This document shows, in pieces, positions 9,609 through 19,700 of a DNA stretch of 64,000 nucleotides (the first letter of the stretch is position 1; each line of letters begins with the position of its first letter). The notes under the pieces were generated by a model that saw nothing but the letters and a program-made list of their open reading frames with translations, did no database searches and had not been told where the DNA came from. Source of the DNA: Paramoeba atlantica (taxonomy: Eukaryota > Protista > Discosea); assembly GCA_977017575.1 (NCBI GenBank), contig CDRNVI010000090.1:62001-126000 (forward strand). The letters are read 5' to 3'. The translations under genes and the position numbers were made by a program.

Positions 9609-11735
9609 ATGGAACGAATCCATCGGCAGATACCAAGTCGGACTGTCGCAATCTATACTACTCAACGGAATGGTTGGGTTGTGGACCCAAGTCTTGCGTT
9701 CAAGGCGTTACATGCTGAGGCCTGTTGGACGGATATCACACCTGCATTCACTGGCAGTCGAAAGGACCTTAGACTCACAAGGGATGGTCCACAGCAACAG
9801 ATGGACTCCCTCCGTTCCTACGGTCAAGCTCAAAGCCTTCTGCACGAAACCTTATACGGGCAGTTGCTCGGGCCGAGGCTGCCACCAGGAGTTACTTTTA
9901 TTGTTGCCCGTGTGGTTCAGTGTAAGGTAAACTTGTCGAAACGAGATATGTCGAGCTTTATTGCCTCGGGCGAGGTGAGCCCTACAAAAAAGTATCTCCA
10001 TGAACTTGACGTGGCTGTGGAACTCGTACCAAATTCAAAGCAGGAATCTGCTTCTCCTCGGCTAAAGAATGCAATAGCTACTTTAGATTTCAGTCAAATG
10101 AAAACAGACTGTGCTCTTTCAGAGTGTATGTCACTTCTGGGCTATGAAAACGTCACTGACACATCTAAGAAGGACGATCTGTGCTTTTCCTTTTGGCCAG
10201 GAAAAATTATTTCCATGATTGGAAGTTTCTATGGAGCCTCGTCCATTCTGGTTCAGCGGTTGATGACAAATTTACTATGCTGTGAAATACTTTCTAACAT
10301 AAAATCAAATGTAGAGTCGCATCCAACCGTTACCGAAAGTTACATTAAAAAGGAAACATGTGACTCGAGAGCCGTCGCAAGTGTAGGTTTTCCTTTGTCA
10401 GATTCACTTTCACAGCGGATCATTATTTGTCAGGGCCCGTTCACTCATCGTGGGAAGGAAATGCTGACTTCTTTGAGCGAATTCATTCGGAATCACTATG
10501 AAGAAGCCTCAAATAGGTTATCTCAATCCTTTCGAGATGAAAAAATTAACACTTTTTCCTCTTCATATCCATTCATGGTCATGTTTTTAGGGCCATTTGT
10601 GCTTCCTCGTTTTGGTTCTCCTGACATCTCCCAACAGCTTACTCCATGTGAGAAGAATGGCTATGAAATTCCTACCCAGGAAACGTACAGCGAGATGTTC
10701 TCCGACTTCTTGGAAAGAATAGAACAGCTATCCAGAGAATGGACTCGACTCGACCAAAAGTTTTGTGAAGTAGCCAGTACACGTGGCTTTCATTTCAAAG
10801 AAGAGAGACCGAACAAACCGTTCTTTCATCGGCATACATTCTTTTTAATTCCCTCTCTTGGGGACAGTAACTCCGATTATGTATTCCCTCAGCGATGCTT
10901 CGAAGAGGTACCTGATTTTGGAATGGACATGCCCACGCCTCACAGACCTATTCAAATGTTGCGCAATCCCTCACTCTTACATTTTGGTGACAACGACGCC
11001 AACGAGAGTGAATATACGAAACTCAAAGAAGCCGCAGCCCCATTTCGTGTTGCAGTCTGTAACATCGACGGTGTACGCGCATTTTCACAGGACATCGTAA
11101 TGGAACAAGATTTAATTCATGCTTTTCAACCGTCTATGAATTCGGAAGCGCACGAAAAAAGTAGGAGCAGGGCACGTGTCGCGCATACGGAGGATACCGC
11201 ATTGTTCCATTCTGCAGCGCAGCAAATTGTTCCGGATTCTGATATACGTAGTGCAGGCAAGACTTTACAGCCGAGGTTGCATAGGGTGGCGCAAGAGATC
11301 CTAGAAAGTGGTCTTCCATATCCAGTCTGGCATCAAGGCACTGATTCCCTTTCTGAGGTACCCCTCGATGTTACTTCTTTGATTTCCAACAGTTTCTTGA
11401 AAAACAGGCGATCCGAAACTAATACCGACGAAAGAGCTTCATTAGAGAATTTAAATGTATCTGAGTCAACACCTTCTCTCTCTTATTTCCATGAGAATGC
11501 TCCAGATATGATTATTTACTCAACCGACGTTAAATCTTTTGCTGTTGAACTGTCTCTTTTTGCGCCACCGACTAAATCCGAAGAAGATCGCAAAACTTTC
11601 TTCCTAGCGTTGAACCGTACTGCATCCAAAACAACCTTTGTCGATATTGAGATCCGAACGGCACTCAACGAAAACAATGTGTCGAAAATCTACTCGCAAA
11701 ATGTGTCATCCGTACAACAATGGCAAATAGGGTAA
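9609..11735 (+). CDS. POLA2: DNA polymerase alpha/primase B subunit
   Basis: Ordered B-subunit phosphoesterase-like motifs: IIICQGPFT, VMFLGPFV, FLIPSLGD..YVFPQ, MLRNPSLL, ILESGLPYPVW, PDMIIYSTDVKSFA. Confidence 0.75.
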   Translation: MERIHRQIPSRTVAIYTTQRNGWVVDPSLAFKALHAEACWTDITPAFTGSRKDLRLTRDGPQQQMDSLRSYGQAQSLLHETLYGQLLGPRLPPGVTFIVARVVQCKVNLSKRDMSSFIASGEVSPTKKYLHELDVAVELVPNSKQESASPRLKNAIATLDFSQMKTDCALSECMSLLGYENVTDTSKKDDLCFSFWPGKIISMIGSFYGASSILVQRLMTNLLCCEILSNIKSNVESHPTVTESYIKKETCDSRAVASVGFPLSDSLSQRIIICQGPFTHRGKEMLTSLSEFIRNHYEEASNRLSQSFRDEKINTFSSSYPFMVMFLGPFVLPRFGSPDISQQLTPCEKNGYEIPTQETYSEMFSDFLERIEQLSREWTRLDQKFCEVASTRGFHFKEERPNKPFFHRHTFFLIPSLGDSNSDYVFPQRCFEEVPDFGMDMPTPHRPIQMLRNPSLLHFGDNDANESEYTKLKEAAAPFRVAVCNIDGVRAFSQDIVMEQDLIHAFQPSMNSEAHEKSRSRARVAHTEDTALFHSAAQQIVPDSDIRSAGKTLQPRLHRVAQEILESGLPYPVWHQGTDSLSEVPLDVTSLISNSFLKNRRSETNTDERASLENLNVSESTPSLSYFHENAPDMIIYSTDVKSFAVELSLFAPPTKSEEDRKTFFLALNRTASKTTFVDIEIRTALNENNVSKIYSQNVSSVQQWQIG

Positions 11736-12078
11736 CTTGTCATTTGTACCCCTTAGCTACATACAACAAACTGTACTGTTTTATCGTTAGCTCTTTGTGA
11801 GTCGGTTCAAACGAGCTATAAAAATAATATCAATGCATAGACAAGTACATGAATATTTTCCATTCTGTAGGTAACAACCAAACATTTTTAACAGGACTGT
11901 TATTTTATTTCCTTATTCTACATGCGTGTTATCATAGGGCTGTGGTGAGATCCGAATTCATTTTTTACGAAAAATACTTGTAAGGAACAGAGATGACCAA
12001 ATCTCTTCATTCTTAAAAGTCTGCTACCACTAGTGGCGGTGTACAAATGAGAGTTCACATATTTTGCAGCAGGACTCG

Positions 12079-13506
12079 ATGAACGTGCGGCAGACCAAAT
12101 CCGAAAAGCGAATTGAAAAACTCGGGGTTCTCTCCGTTTATGCCTTGTGTTTCGCTGGGTACTGGTACGTCGCGGGGCTGGTGCACTACTCGGGATACAT
12201 GGTAAAAGAATTTTTCCCGGAACTATCCCACGCGAAAGTTGGATACTACGCAGGGGCATTGAACGGGGCATTCTATTTAGGCCGATTTCTCAACGGGATT
12301 CCTTTTGGTTACGCCGTAGATGGCTATGGTACTATGCCGCTCATGATTGTGACCTGCTCTACCGGCATCTTGTTTCCGTTTTTGTTTGGGTTGTGCTCTA
12401 ACTACTGGTGGGCGTTAGTTGTTGCCACTCTGTACGGTTTTTGTAACGGCACCACTCTTCTCTCGAAAGTTCGTCTAGCTCACATTTTACCCCCTGAGCG
12501 CACGGTTTATCCCCTCAGTTATATTGGTGGTATTTGGGGAATAGTCAGTGTGCTTTCTCCTGCCCTTGCGGGGCTTTTAAGCTACGGCGCAACAAAGTAT
12601 GCATCACTTGGTCACGCTCTTCCGGGACTCAAATCGTTCCCTTTTCTCCTTCCTAATCTTATTACCTCATTTCTGAATTTATGCGCTCTAGGCATATTTC
12701 TAGTGGAACTTCGGTATCGCAAATTGAGATTAAACATTGTTACGCAAACAGTTCCCCTTGAGAGGGGGGAAATGGATACCACCCTATTGAGTACGGCGTC
12801 CAGCGCCAGTGACACTTCATCATGGACGTGCTTTATGTATTACCTCAAAACAAATGACAACCAATTTGCTCGTGTCACCATTGTGTTTGCGCTCTCAAGT
12901 GGGTTGCGGTGTATCGGCGCAGATGTTTTTCCCCTTCTACTGATGCTTCCCGCCTCTGATGGGGGGTATGGAATGTCCACGGACGGGGTAGGGCTCATGG
13001 GTGCGATACAAGGGGTAATCACCACTATGGCATCGTACGTGTCACCGCTTATCAATGAGCGGTTTGGATACCGCGAGTGCGTCCTCGGGGCAGCCTTAAT
13101 ATCCATTCCGTTTTACGCTATAGTTCCTTTTGTTGTTTATCTGCCACGCTATGCGGATCTTGCTGTGCTCACCCTTGTCATGGGAATCGCAAGGCAAGTA
13201 ATGGGTCAGATAATGTTTAACGCGACGCTTGTGTTGTCCAACTTTTCTGTTCACAAAACATTTCTCGCGCGTGCGTCAGCCTTGACTATTTCGCTACAAA
13301 GCCTTGTGGTATTCATTTTTCCCACCATCGCATGTTCTCTTTTTGCTTGGTCAGCTTCGACGGAAAGAAACGTATGGGCTTGTCCTGTGTCCTTTCCTTG
13401 GAATTTATTAACAGTATACATTTTTTATGCATTAGTTGGATTGATTACTGTTGCTACGACGTGGAAACTTCGCCGCGAAAGAAACATGCCGGTAGATCCC
13501 GATTAA
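12079..13506 (+). CDS. Major facilitator superfamily transporter (ZIFL/TetA-like)
   Basis: About 12 hydrophobic segments; VGYYAGALNGAFYLGRFLNGIPFGYAVDGYG matches the ZIFL-type motif; FPFLLPNL. ORF track starts at TTG 12064. Confidence 0.85.
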   Translation: MNVRQTKSEKRIEKLGVLSVYALCFAGYWYVAGLVHYSGYMVKEFFPELSHAKVGYYAGALNGAFYLGRFLNGIPFGYAVDGYGTMPLMIVTCSTGILFPFLFGLCSNYWWALVVATLYGFCNGTTLLSKVRLAHILPPERTVYPLSYIGGIWGIVSVLSPALAGLLSYGATKYASLGHALPGLKSFPFLLPNLITSFLNLCALGIFLVELRYRKLRLNIVTQTVPLERGEMDTTLLSTASSASDTSSWTCFMYYLKTNDNQFARVTIVFALSSGLRCIGADVFPLLLMLPASDGGYGMSTDGVGLMGAIQGVITTMASYVSPLINERFGYRECVLGAALISIPFYAIVPFVVYLPRYADLAVLTLVMGIARQVMGQIMFNATLVLSNFSVHKTFLARASALTISLQSLVVFIFPTIACSLFAWSASTERNVWACPVSFPWNLLTVYIFYALVGLITVATTWKLRRERNMPVDPD

Positions 13507-13836
13507 CTGTTTATCCTTCAAAAGATTCACTGTCAAGAAGTTCCGTGCATCTCAGACCAACATCATGTTTTATTGTTAGCGTCTTTCCTTGGATACGGGG
13601 TTCTGTAAAAACGTGTTACAATGAACGTGTTGCCAAAAATGTGATCGAGTGAGATAAGCGTCTGCATTCAACTCTATAAAAGCACTAGTTTTTGCATTTT
13701 ACAATTTTAATTATTTTAAAAAAAACTTTAACGATAAACAAAACTTTAACGATAAAGATCAATTATTTTACAATTTTTGCAAGAAAGTGAAATCACTGGT
13801 TGTGCCAACTGAAATTTCTAACTTTGATATTCCTTT

Positions 13837-15459
13837 ATGAATGAGAATGTCACGGGAATAAGAAGAATCAAAGTTGTGCTCAACAGCACGCCGACCTCCA
13901 ATGTCGGAGAAGAAGGCTTTAGTCAAGTAACAGAACATGAATACTCGGAAGAACGAATAAAATCCTCTTTTCTGCCCATTGAAAACTCGACCATACTTGA
14001 GAATATTGAGTCACATTCAACTTCTATTGCCTTCACATCTGTTGAAAGCCTCGAAAATGCGAACGTTTCCGAAATACAAGCAAGTCAAAATGAAAGCTTC
14101 GCTCTTGCGAATGAGGAGGAAAACATTATACAGCTGTTCAAACCTAATGAAAGACGTCACAAGTCGAAAAAGGATAGAAAACAAGGGAAGGACAAAAAGC
14201 GGCGAAAGCGCAGTGACAGAAATGAAGAAAACAAAAGGGAGAACAAGCGGAAAAGAAAAAAGCGCGAAAAGAGACAACGAAAACATAAGAAAAAGAAGTT
14301 ACAAAGTGAATCTCAGCAGACGAACATGAGAGTCGGTGGAGACCACGAAGTTGATAAAAATCTAGATGAAGAACAGAATAGCGATACTCTAGATTCTAAA
14401 TTAGTACATGGAAATGTACGAGTCAAGGCTTCGATATTTGCCGAAGGAGAGCGAACAAGGAAAAAAGCAACACCTGAAGTAGATTCTCATTTCAATACAG
14501 GAAAGCCTGATTTGCGCCTTCAAACACCAAAATGGTTTGACGCGGTGACTAAAATTTCGCGTGGGAAAAGAAGGATGACTCAACCCGAGAGAGAGGTCAA
14601 ATGCATAGAGCTTGTGGACAGCATGAGGAGAGCTCGAGAGGTGGAGAATACTACAGAACTCCAAACTGTAAGCAATCAGTGGGGAGCATCCCCCAGTCCG
14701 AGCATAATATCCTACAAAGTTCAATTTCTGCCGCAACTTCGACCAATTTTGTCACAGCAATCTTCTTTGACCTGTCTTTTGCGTCATGGATTTCTTCAAG
14801 AGGTTGGTAACTGGCTTCGTCCCATAGCTCATGGTTCTCTTCCTCCTTTTGAGGTTCGCGCTGAACTTATCAGATTTCTTTCCGATATTCCCTGCGTCGG
14901 GGAAAAGAAACGAATTCGACGAGATACTTCAATTTCTCGGCGCTCGGACGTGGTCGAAGACGAATGGGCCGGACTTACAAAAGAGCAGTTATTAGCATCC
15001 GGTGATTTGGGTAGTATACTCCAATACTACGCCGAGCTTTCAACGGAGAGCACTGAGAATCGCAAGATTGCAATGATCTTGTGCGATCGCTGGGCTCGAG
15101 CACTTACGTTTGATGAAAGGGAACTGGAATCCGCATCTGAGGATGAACAGCAGGGCGGCTCGAAAGTTCTTTCAACGGCTCATGAGGCGCAGACACGCGC
15201 ATCACGGTATCATCCGGTGCCTCGATGTATTGATGAGAGAGAAGTCGATTTGCAGGATCCAGACATGTGGTACAGGGGGCGATACGTTCTCTTAGGGCCT
15301 CCCCCAGAGATTGACTGTAATCGTCAACCAGCGTGTGAAGATGAGCCGAAAGAAACTTTGAGATCTAAGGCCGCTGAGGTAATGGAAAGAAAGTACAAAA
15401 TGACTTCGAAGAGGCATGCTGTAAAAATTCAACGCTTTGAAACTGTTTCTATTACGTAA
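13837..15459 (+). CDS. IWS1: Transcription elongation factor IWS1/Spn1 (TFIIS N-terminal-like domain)
   Basis: LLRHGFLQEVGNWLRPIAHGSLPPFEVRAELIRFL ... EQLLASGDLG ... ESTENRKIAMILCDRWAR matches the IWS1 core; Lys/Arg-rich N-terminal region. Confidence 0.8.
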   Translation: MNENVTGIRRIKVVLNSTPTSNVGEEGFSQVTEHEYSEERIKSSFLPIENSTILENIESHSTSIAFTSVESLENANVSEIQASQNESFALANEEENIIQLFKPNERRHKSKKDRKQGKDKKRRKRSDRNEENKRENKRKRKKREKRQRKHKKKKLQSESQQTNMRVGGDHEVDKNLDEEQNSDTLDSKLVHGNVRVKASIFAEGERTRKKATPEVDSHFNTGKPDLRLQTPKWFDAVTKISRGKRRMTQPEREVKCIELVDSMRRAREVENTTELQTVSNQWGASPSPSIISYKVQFLPQLRPILSQQSSLTCLLRHGFLQEVGNWLRPIAHGSLPPFEVRAELIRFLSDIPCVGEKKRIRRDTSISRRSDVVEDEWAGLTKEQLLASGDLGSILQYYAELSTESTENRKIAMILCDRWARALTFDERELESASEDEQQGGSKVLSTAHEAQTRASRYHPVPRCIDEREVDLQDPDMWYRGRYVLLGPPPEIDCNRQPACEDEPKETLRSKAAEVMERKYKMTSKRHAVKIQRFETVSIT

Positions 15460-15573
15460 ACATGAATAGTTGGCATTGACTACCGGAACAGAAAGTTGTT
15501 CCACCCCTTTGCGTTTTTATTTCGGGCTGCCGAAGCGCAGTCTTGGTATATCCATAAGCGTCTAAATCTACTA

Positions 15574-15620
15574 CCGTATACCCCCCCCCCCAGTAAGAGA
15601 GTGGGTTTTGGGTCAAAATG
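15574..15620. mobile_element. Solo terminal inverted repeat of the CCGTATACCCC MITE family
   Basis: TA|CCGTATA(C)11AGTAAGAGAGTGGGTTTTGGGTCAAAATG is near-identical to the reverse complement of 28396-28438. Confidence 0.8.
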
Positions 15621-15705
15621 ATCAAGTTGTTCAATGATGCATGTAAATTTATAAAATTTATATATTATGAACTACTCAAATTTCATTTACTTTATTTTCA
15701 TATCG

Positions 15706-16242
15706 ATGTCCGTTCAAGTGCTCAAGAAAAGCTCTCATAAGGGTCCACGTCAGAGATTTCTAAACCAAACCGCTTTCGATCCAAATCGTCATCGGAAATC
15801 GGATGCAATTCGGTTTAGTCCTGAAGAAGCCACCGTGCAATGTTGTTTGCGCTGTTCTGAATGCATCGCATGGAAAATTAAGTACGGAAAATACAAACCT
15901 CTCAAAGAATATGCGCACTGCCGAAGGTGTAAACAACGCACCATCAGCCATGCCTATCACAACATTTGCTTGCCATGCACGGGAACTCTTCGGTGCTGCG
16001 CTAAGTGTGAGAAGGAAATACGTTTATCCAACGCTGCATCTCACGCAGCATACGAAGTGCCTTGCATAGGAAATGAAAGTACGGTTCGTGAAGCACGAAA
16101 TGAGATGACGGCAATGCAAGCAACGAAAGACCCCAATGAGAACTCAAGATTAGCCTGTAAAGAATCTATATACCACGTTATGGTTCCTGGACAATATTCG
16201 AATTTTCTTGATAGGGGTATTGATGAAGATATTGAGCTTTGA
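15706..16242 (+). CDS. C9orf85/DUF2039-like Cys-rich protein
   Basis: FLNQTAFDPNRH, CCLRCSECIAWKIKYGKYKPL, CRRCKQRTISHAYHNICLPC and CCAKCEK. ORF track starts at 15667; 15706 is the more likely ATG. Confidence 0.85.
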   Translation: MSVQVLKKSSHKGPRQRFLNQTAFDPNRHRKSDAIRFSPEEATVQCCLRCSECIAWKIKYGKYKPLKEYAHCRRCKQRTISHAYHNICLPCTGTLRCCAKCEKEIRLSNAASHAAYEVPCIGNESTVREARNEMTAMQATKDPNENSRLACKESIYHVMVPGQYSNFLDRGIDEDIEL

Positions 16243-16723
16243 ATTTTAAGACGATGTGGGCTACATGTATGAACAGGTATGGCTACAGGTATGAACCTGG
16301 TTGTGGTGTAAGAATGTTGCTGGGTTCTGTCATGGGTTTTCTTAGAGCGTGAATCGGCGTGACATAAAATCGTCTGCAGCAACTTCATTTGGCTGGGACG
16401 ACACCATGATTTCGTTCACTCAATCTTGTGAACTCAAGAGCATGGGAGAGCACTTTCGGGAAAGTAGCGTCCTTTGACTTCTTTAACTGAGGACTTTACA
16501 CACATACACCTGTACCTTAGTAATACTTTTAGTAAAAGTAAAAGAGTTTATTAAGCATGTTTTATGCTTCCCAAGTAATTTTTATGATTGTCGTAGTAAT
16601 TTTTATTAATGAATTGAAATTGGAAAGTCGAAGCTATTAACCCCGTCTCATTCGAAAATATACTTGTTAAGCGCCTTTCATTACACGAATTACTTTCAAA
16701 ATTCGAAAACTTAAGTCTTACAC

Positions 16724-19700
16724 ATGGAGCGCACTCGAAAACACTGCAGATTGATTCCATACGAGAAATATCTTCAGAAACCGTTTTTGGAAACATCACG
16801 TCCCGCGTGGATGTCAAGAAGCTTTCCAACGGGGGATCGAAAAAGAGCAATTAATCCAAGAAACAGAGGAAATAAGGCTCACGAGGCCGTGGCTCCTGAT
16901 CAAGACGCTTCTAAGAATTTTCTGCTGCGGGAAGGAACTGCACATAGTCATTACAATCGTTTGATTGGCGTTCCAAGTTCGAAGTCAGACTGGGAAAACA
17001 GTTACCGACGATGTGGATTTAGTGAGTACAATCCGTGGGAGAGGGAAAACCCATTTTTATATAGAGGCTTGTTACCTCCTGCAGCTATTCACATCGCGGA
17101 TGAAAGACATTGGGCTTGCCGACTGTACCCTAAGTCACGCAGCTCTCCAACTGTGACACATGAGTCATCAAATGTATTGGAGCACACGAAGTACTGGTGG
17201 AAAAAACTGGATTTTTTAGTCAAGAGACACTATGATGGCGTAGGAGAAATTAAAATCATACCAAATTCCACAGACCCGGAGTACTTTACATCCGAAGGTC
17301 TTCATGAACCCGGTGCTGGGAAAAAGTACCGAGAGGTTAGGGTCGTATCACAGTTTTTCATGGAATTTGATGAGGCGATGGGAACGAAATATCACGATAC
17401 CTACCTTTTGAATTCGTTTCTGAAAGAAAGGCCCAAATCTTTGGAGGATATATTCTCTGTTTTCATAGAAATGGAAGCCAATCGTGTGCATCCAGAGTAC
17501 TGTCCCCGATGTAGTCTTCCGTACGCGACAACACGATACTGCGCGCAAGGCGTACCATGGTCTCCGCTGCACGCATTTCAAGGAGTATGGGATCCTCATA
17601 AATCCTGGTCAAAAGAGTGGTACGATCTGGTTGCCAATAGGGGCGAGGCGCTGTTTGTTAAGGCTACAGAACATACTGTCTTTGGAACTGCACAACATAC
17701 CCAGCGTCAAGTCGAAGCACTCATGCGGATTTATCGGGTAACTCATCAGCGGGGACGAGCGAACAGTTTTCTTATAAACATCAGAGCCTCCGCGGAATAC
17801 GCCTCAGGTGTGGTGAAAGAATCCGCAAATTTAATGAAGCTGTACAATGAAATATTGGACGAAACAAATCATCCTATTCTATTGACCAATATGCGGAGTC
17901 AAGGTCTCAAAGAAGGGTTACGAAATCCGTATTTGGGAATCGGCACGCAGCTTGTTCCTCAAAGTGTTAAACAACTTCGAATAGATTTGGAACTCGATCG
18001 ATTTCGACGTGAACAACGTGAGGAAGGGGTTGTGCGCGTTCCGCCAAAGGGTTGGAATCTATGCATGAAGGATCTAGTGGAATACAAGCTTAGTGCAACA
18101 CAGACTTCTATGGGACGTCGAGTAACAAACTGGAGAGAAGTGAAGAGGGGGTTAGAGAAGTCTTTCATGCATTCCCGAAGACTTCCTAAAGAGTGCTACA
18201 TTGATACACATGCCAAAGATTCGCTGAAAATGTTGCGAGAACTTGAATACTACACACTGCTTGAGCAAAAACTATTAAACACTAATGACCTGCAGATCAT
18301 GACTTTCGAAGAAGAAAAAATACGTCTCCGATTAAAACAACCCTTCTATTTCCCTGACAATTCTTGCTATAGGTGGTATGAAATAGATGATGGAGAGATA
18401 ACAGAAATGAAGAAGAATTTGTTAACAAATTTCACTCTTCCACTTTCTCACGGAAGCAAGTTGCAAGTTCAAGTCAGAACATGGGATAATCCCAACAAGA
18501 TAGGTTTTCAATCTAGATTAGTTGATGTAACGCCAGAAACTTGTCAAACATTTGGATATCAATACGGTGCTCAGTTTGAAGTCCTAGAATCTTGTTCCTT
18601 CGCAACGTGTGCTGGCGTTGATGCTGATTCATTCCAATTATTAGCCGTTACAGACGAAGGGGACGTCGTTGAGATGGGAAGGACTTGTACAGAAGTTGAA
18701 GACTATGTGAAAAGAAATCAATGGAAAGCGTTGAATGAGGAAAACACAATAGAAATAATTGAAAAGGAGAAAAATTCAATAGATGAATTTTTCTGCGTCC
18801 TTGTAGGGATTCGGCGGGGCTCTTTTTGGGTGCAGACGTTTCCCGAATGTGGGGTAGCGATTCGTTTGGATGTGCAAAATCTGTCTGACGTTAAATGCAT
18901 AGGAAAAGACCAGGTCAGAGAGCCATATTCATGGAAAATTCCGTTTCGAAACGATGAATTTCGTAGAAAATTGAAACAAGCAATAGAGGCTCCATGGAAT
19001 GAGCAGCCGGTGGCTCCTTTGATACCTGATCGAATGACTCCTAAACGAATGATCTTTGGGTACACGCAACACATAGCGAACGATGATTTTGTAACTAGCG
19101 AGTATACACAACGTTTGCAGTCTAAACAATTCCACACAAAACCGAATCAGTTCCAGGTATTGCCGGAGAGCTATGAAGCGGCACCGGCGCTCTCAGGAAA
19201 AACCGGATCCATATACACTCATGGTCTTCCGACTGTGGATCGAAAGGAGCTAACCCACGGATGGAACAAGGTCAATATGATTTCTGACGAAGAGGTGGCG
19301 GAAGTAGAGCAAGCGATCCGGGATATCAGCGGCACTCGTCCTGGAAATTACTACAAAAAGTTTTCAGAATTGGAAAAGTTTAAGCTGAATGAGAACTGGT
19401 GGAACGTGCGCCCGTATTGGACGTACCACAACTTAATGGAACGTTCAAAACACGTGAGCGAACGTTGCTTACTTCAACCGCATAAGCTTCCTTTTGAAGG
19501 AAAGATCCCCCTATTGGGAAGCGTAGGAGGAATAGGCGATCGTTTTCAGTACGTTATGAATCAAGTGAGCAAGGGGTTTGGTATTGGTCCTACAGGACAT
19601 TCACCTGACGCTTGGGCAGCTCCTAAAGATACTCTTGGCTTCGAAACAGAGCGTAGCGAAAGATTAAATAGTTCTTCAGCTCTTTTACGTCTCTTCCGTG

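Noticed and set aside
16400-16495. Possible C/D snoRNA (ATGATT ... CTGA)
   Set aside because: Box C is non-consensus and no guide complementarity could be established.
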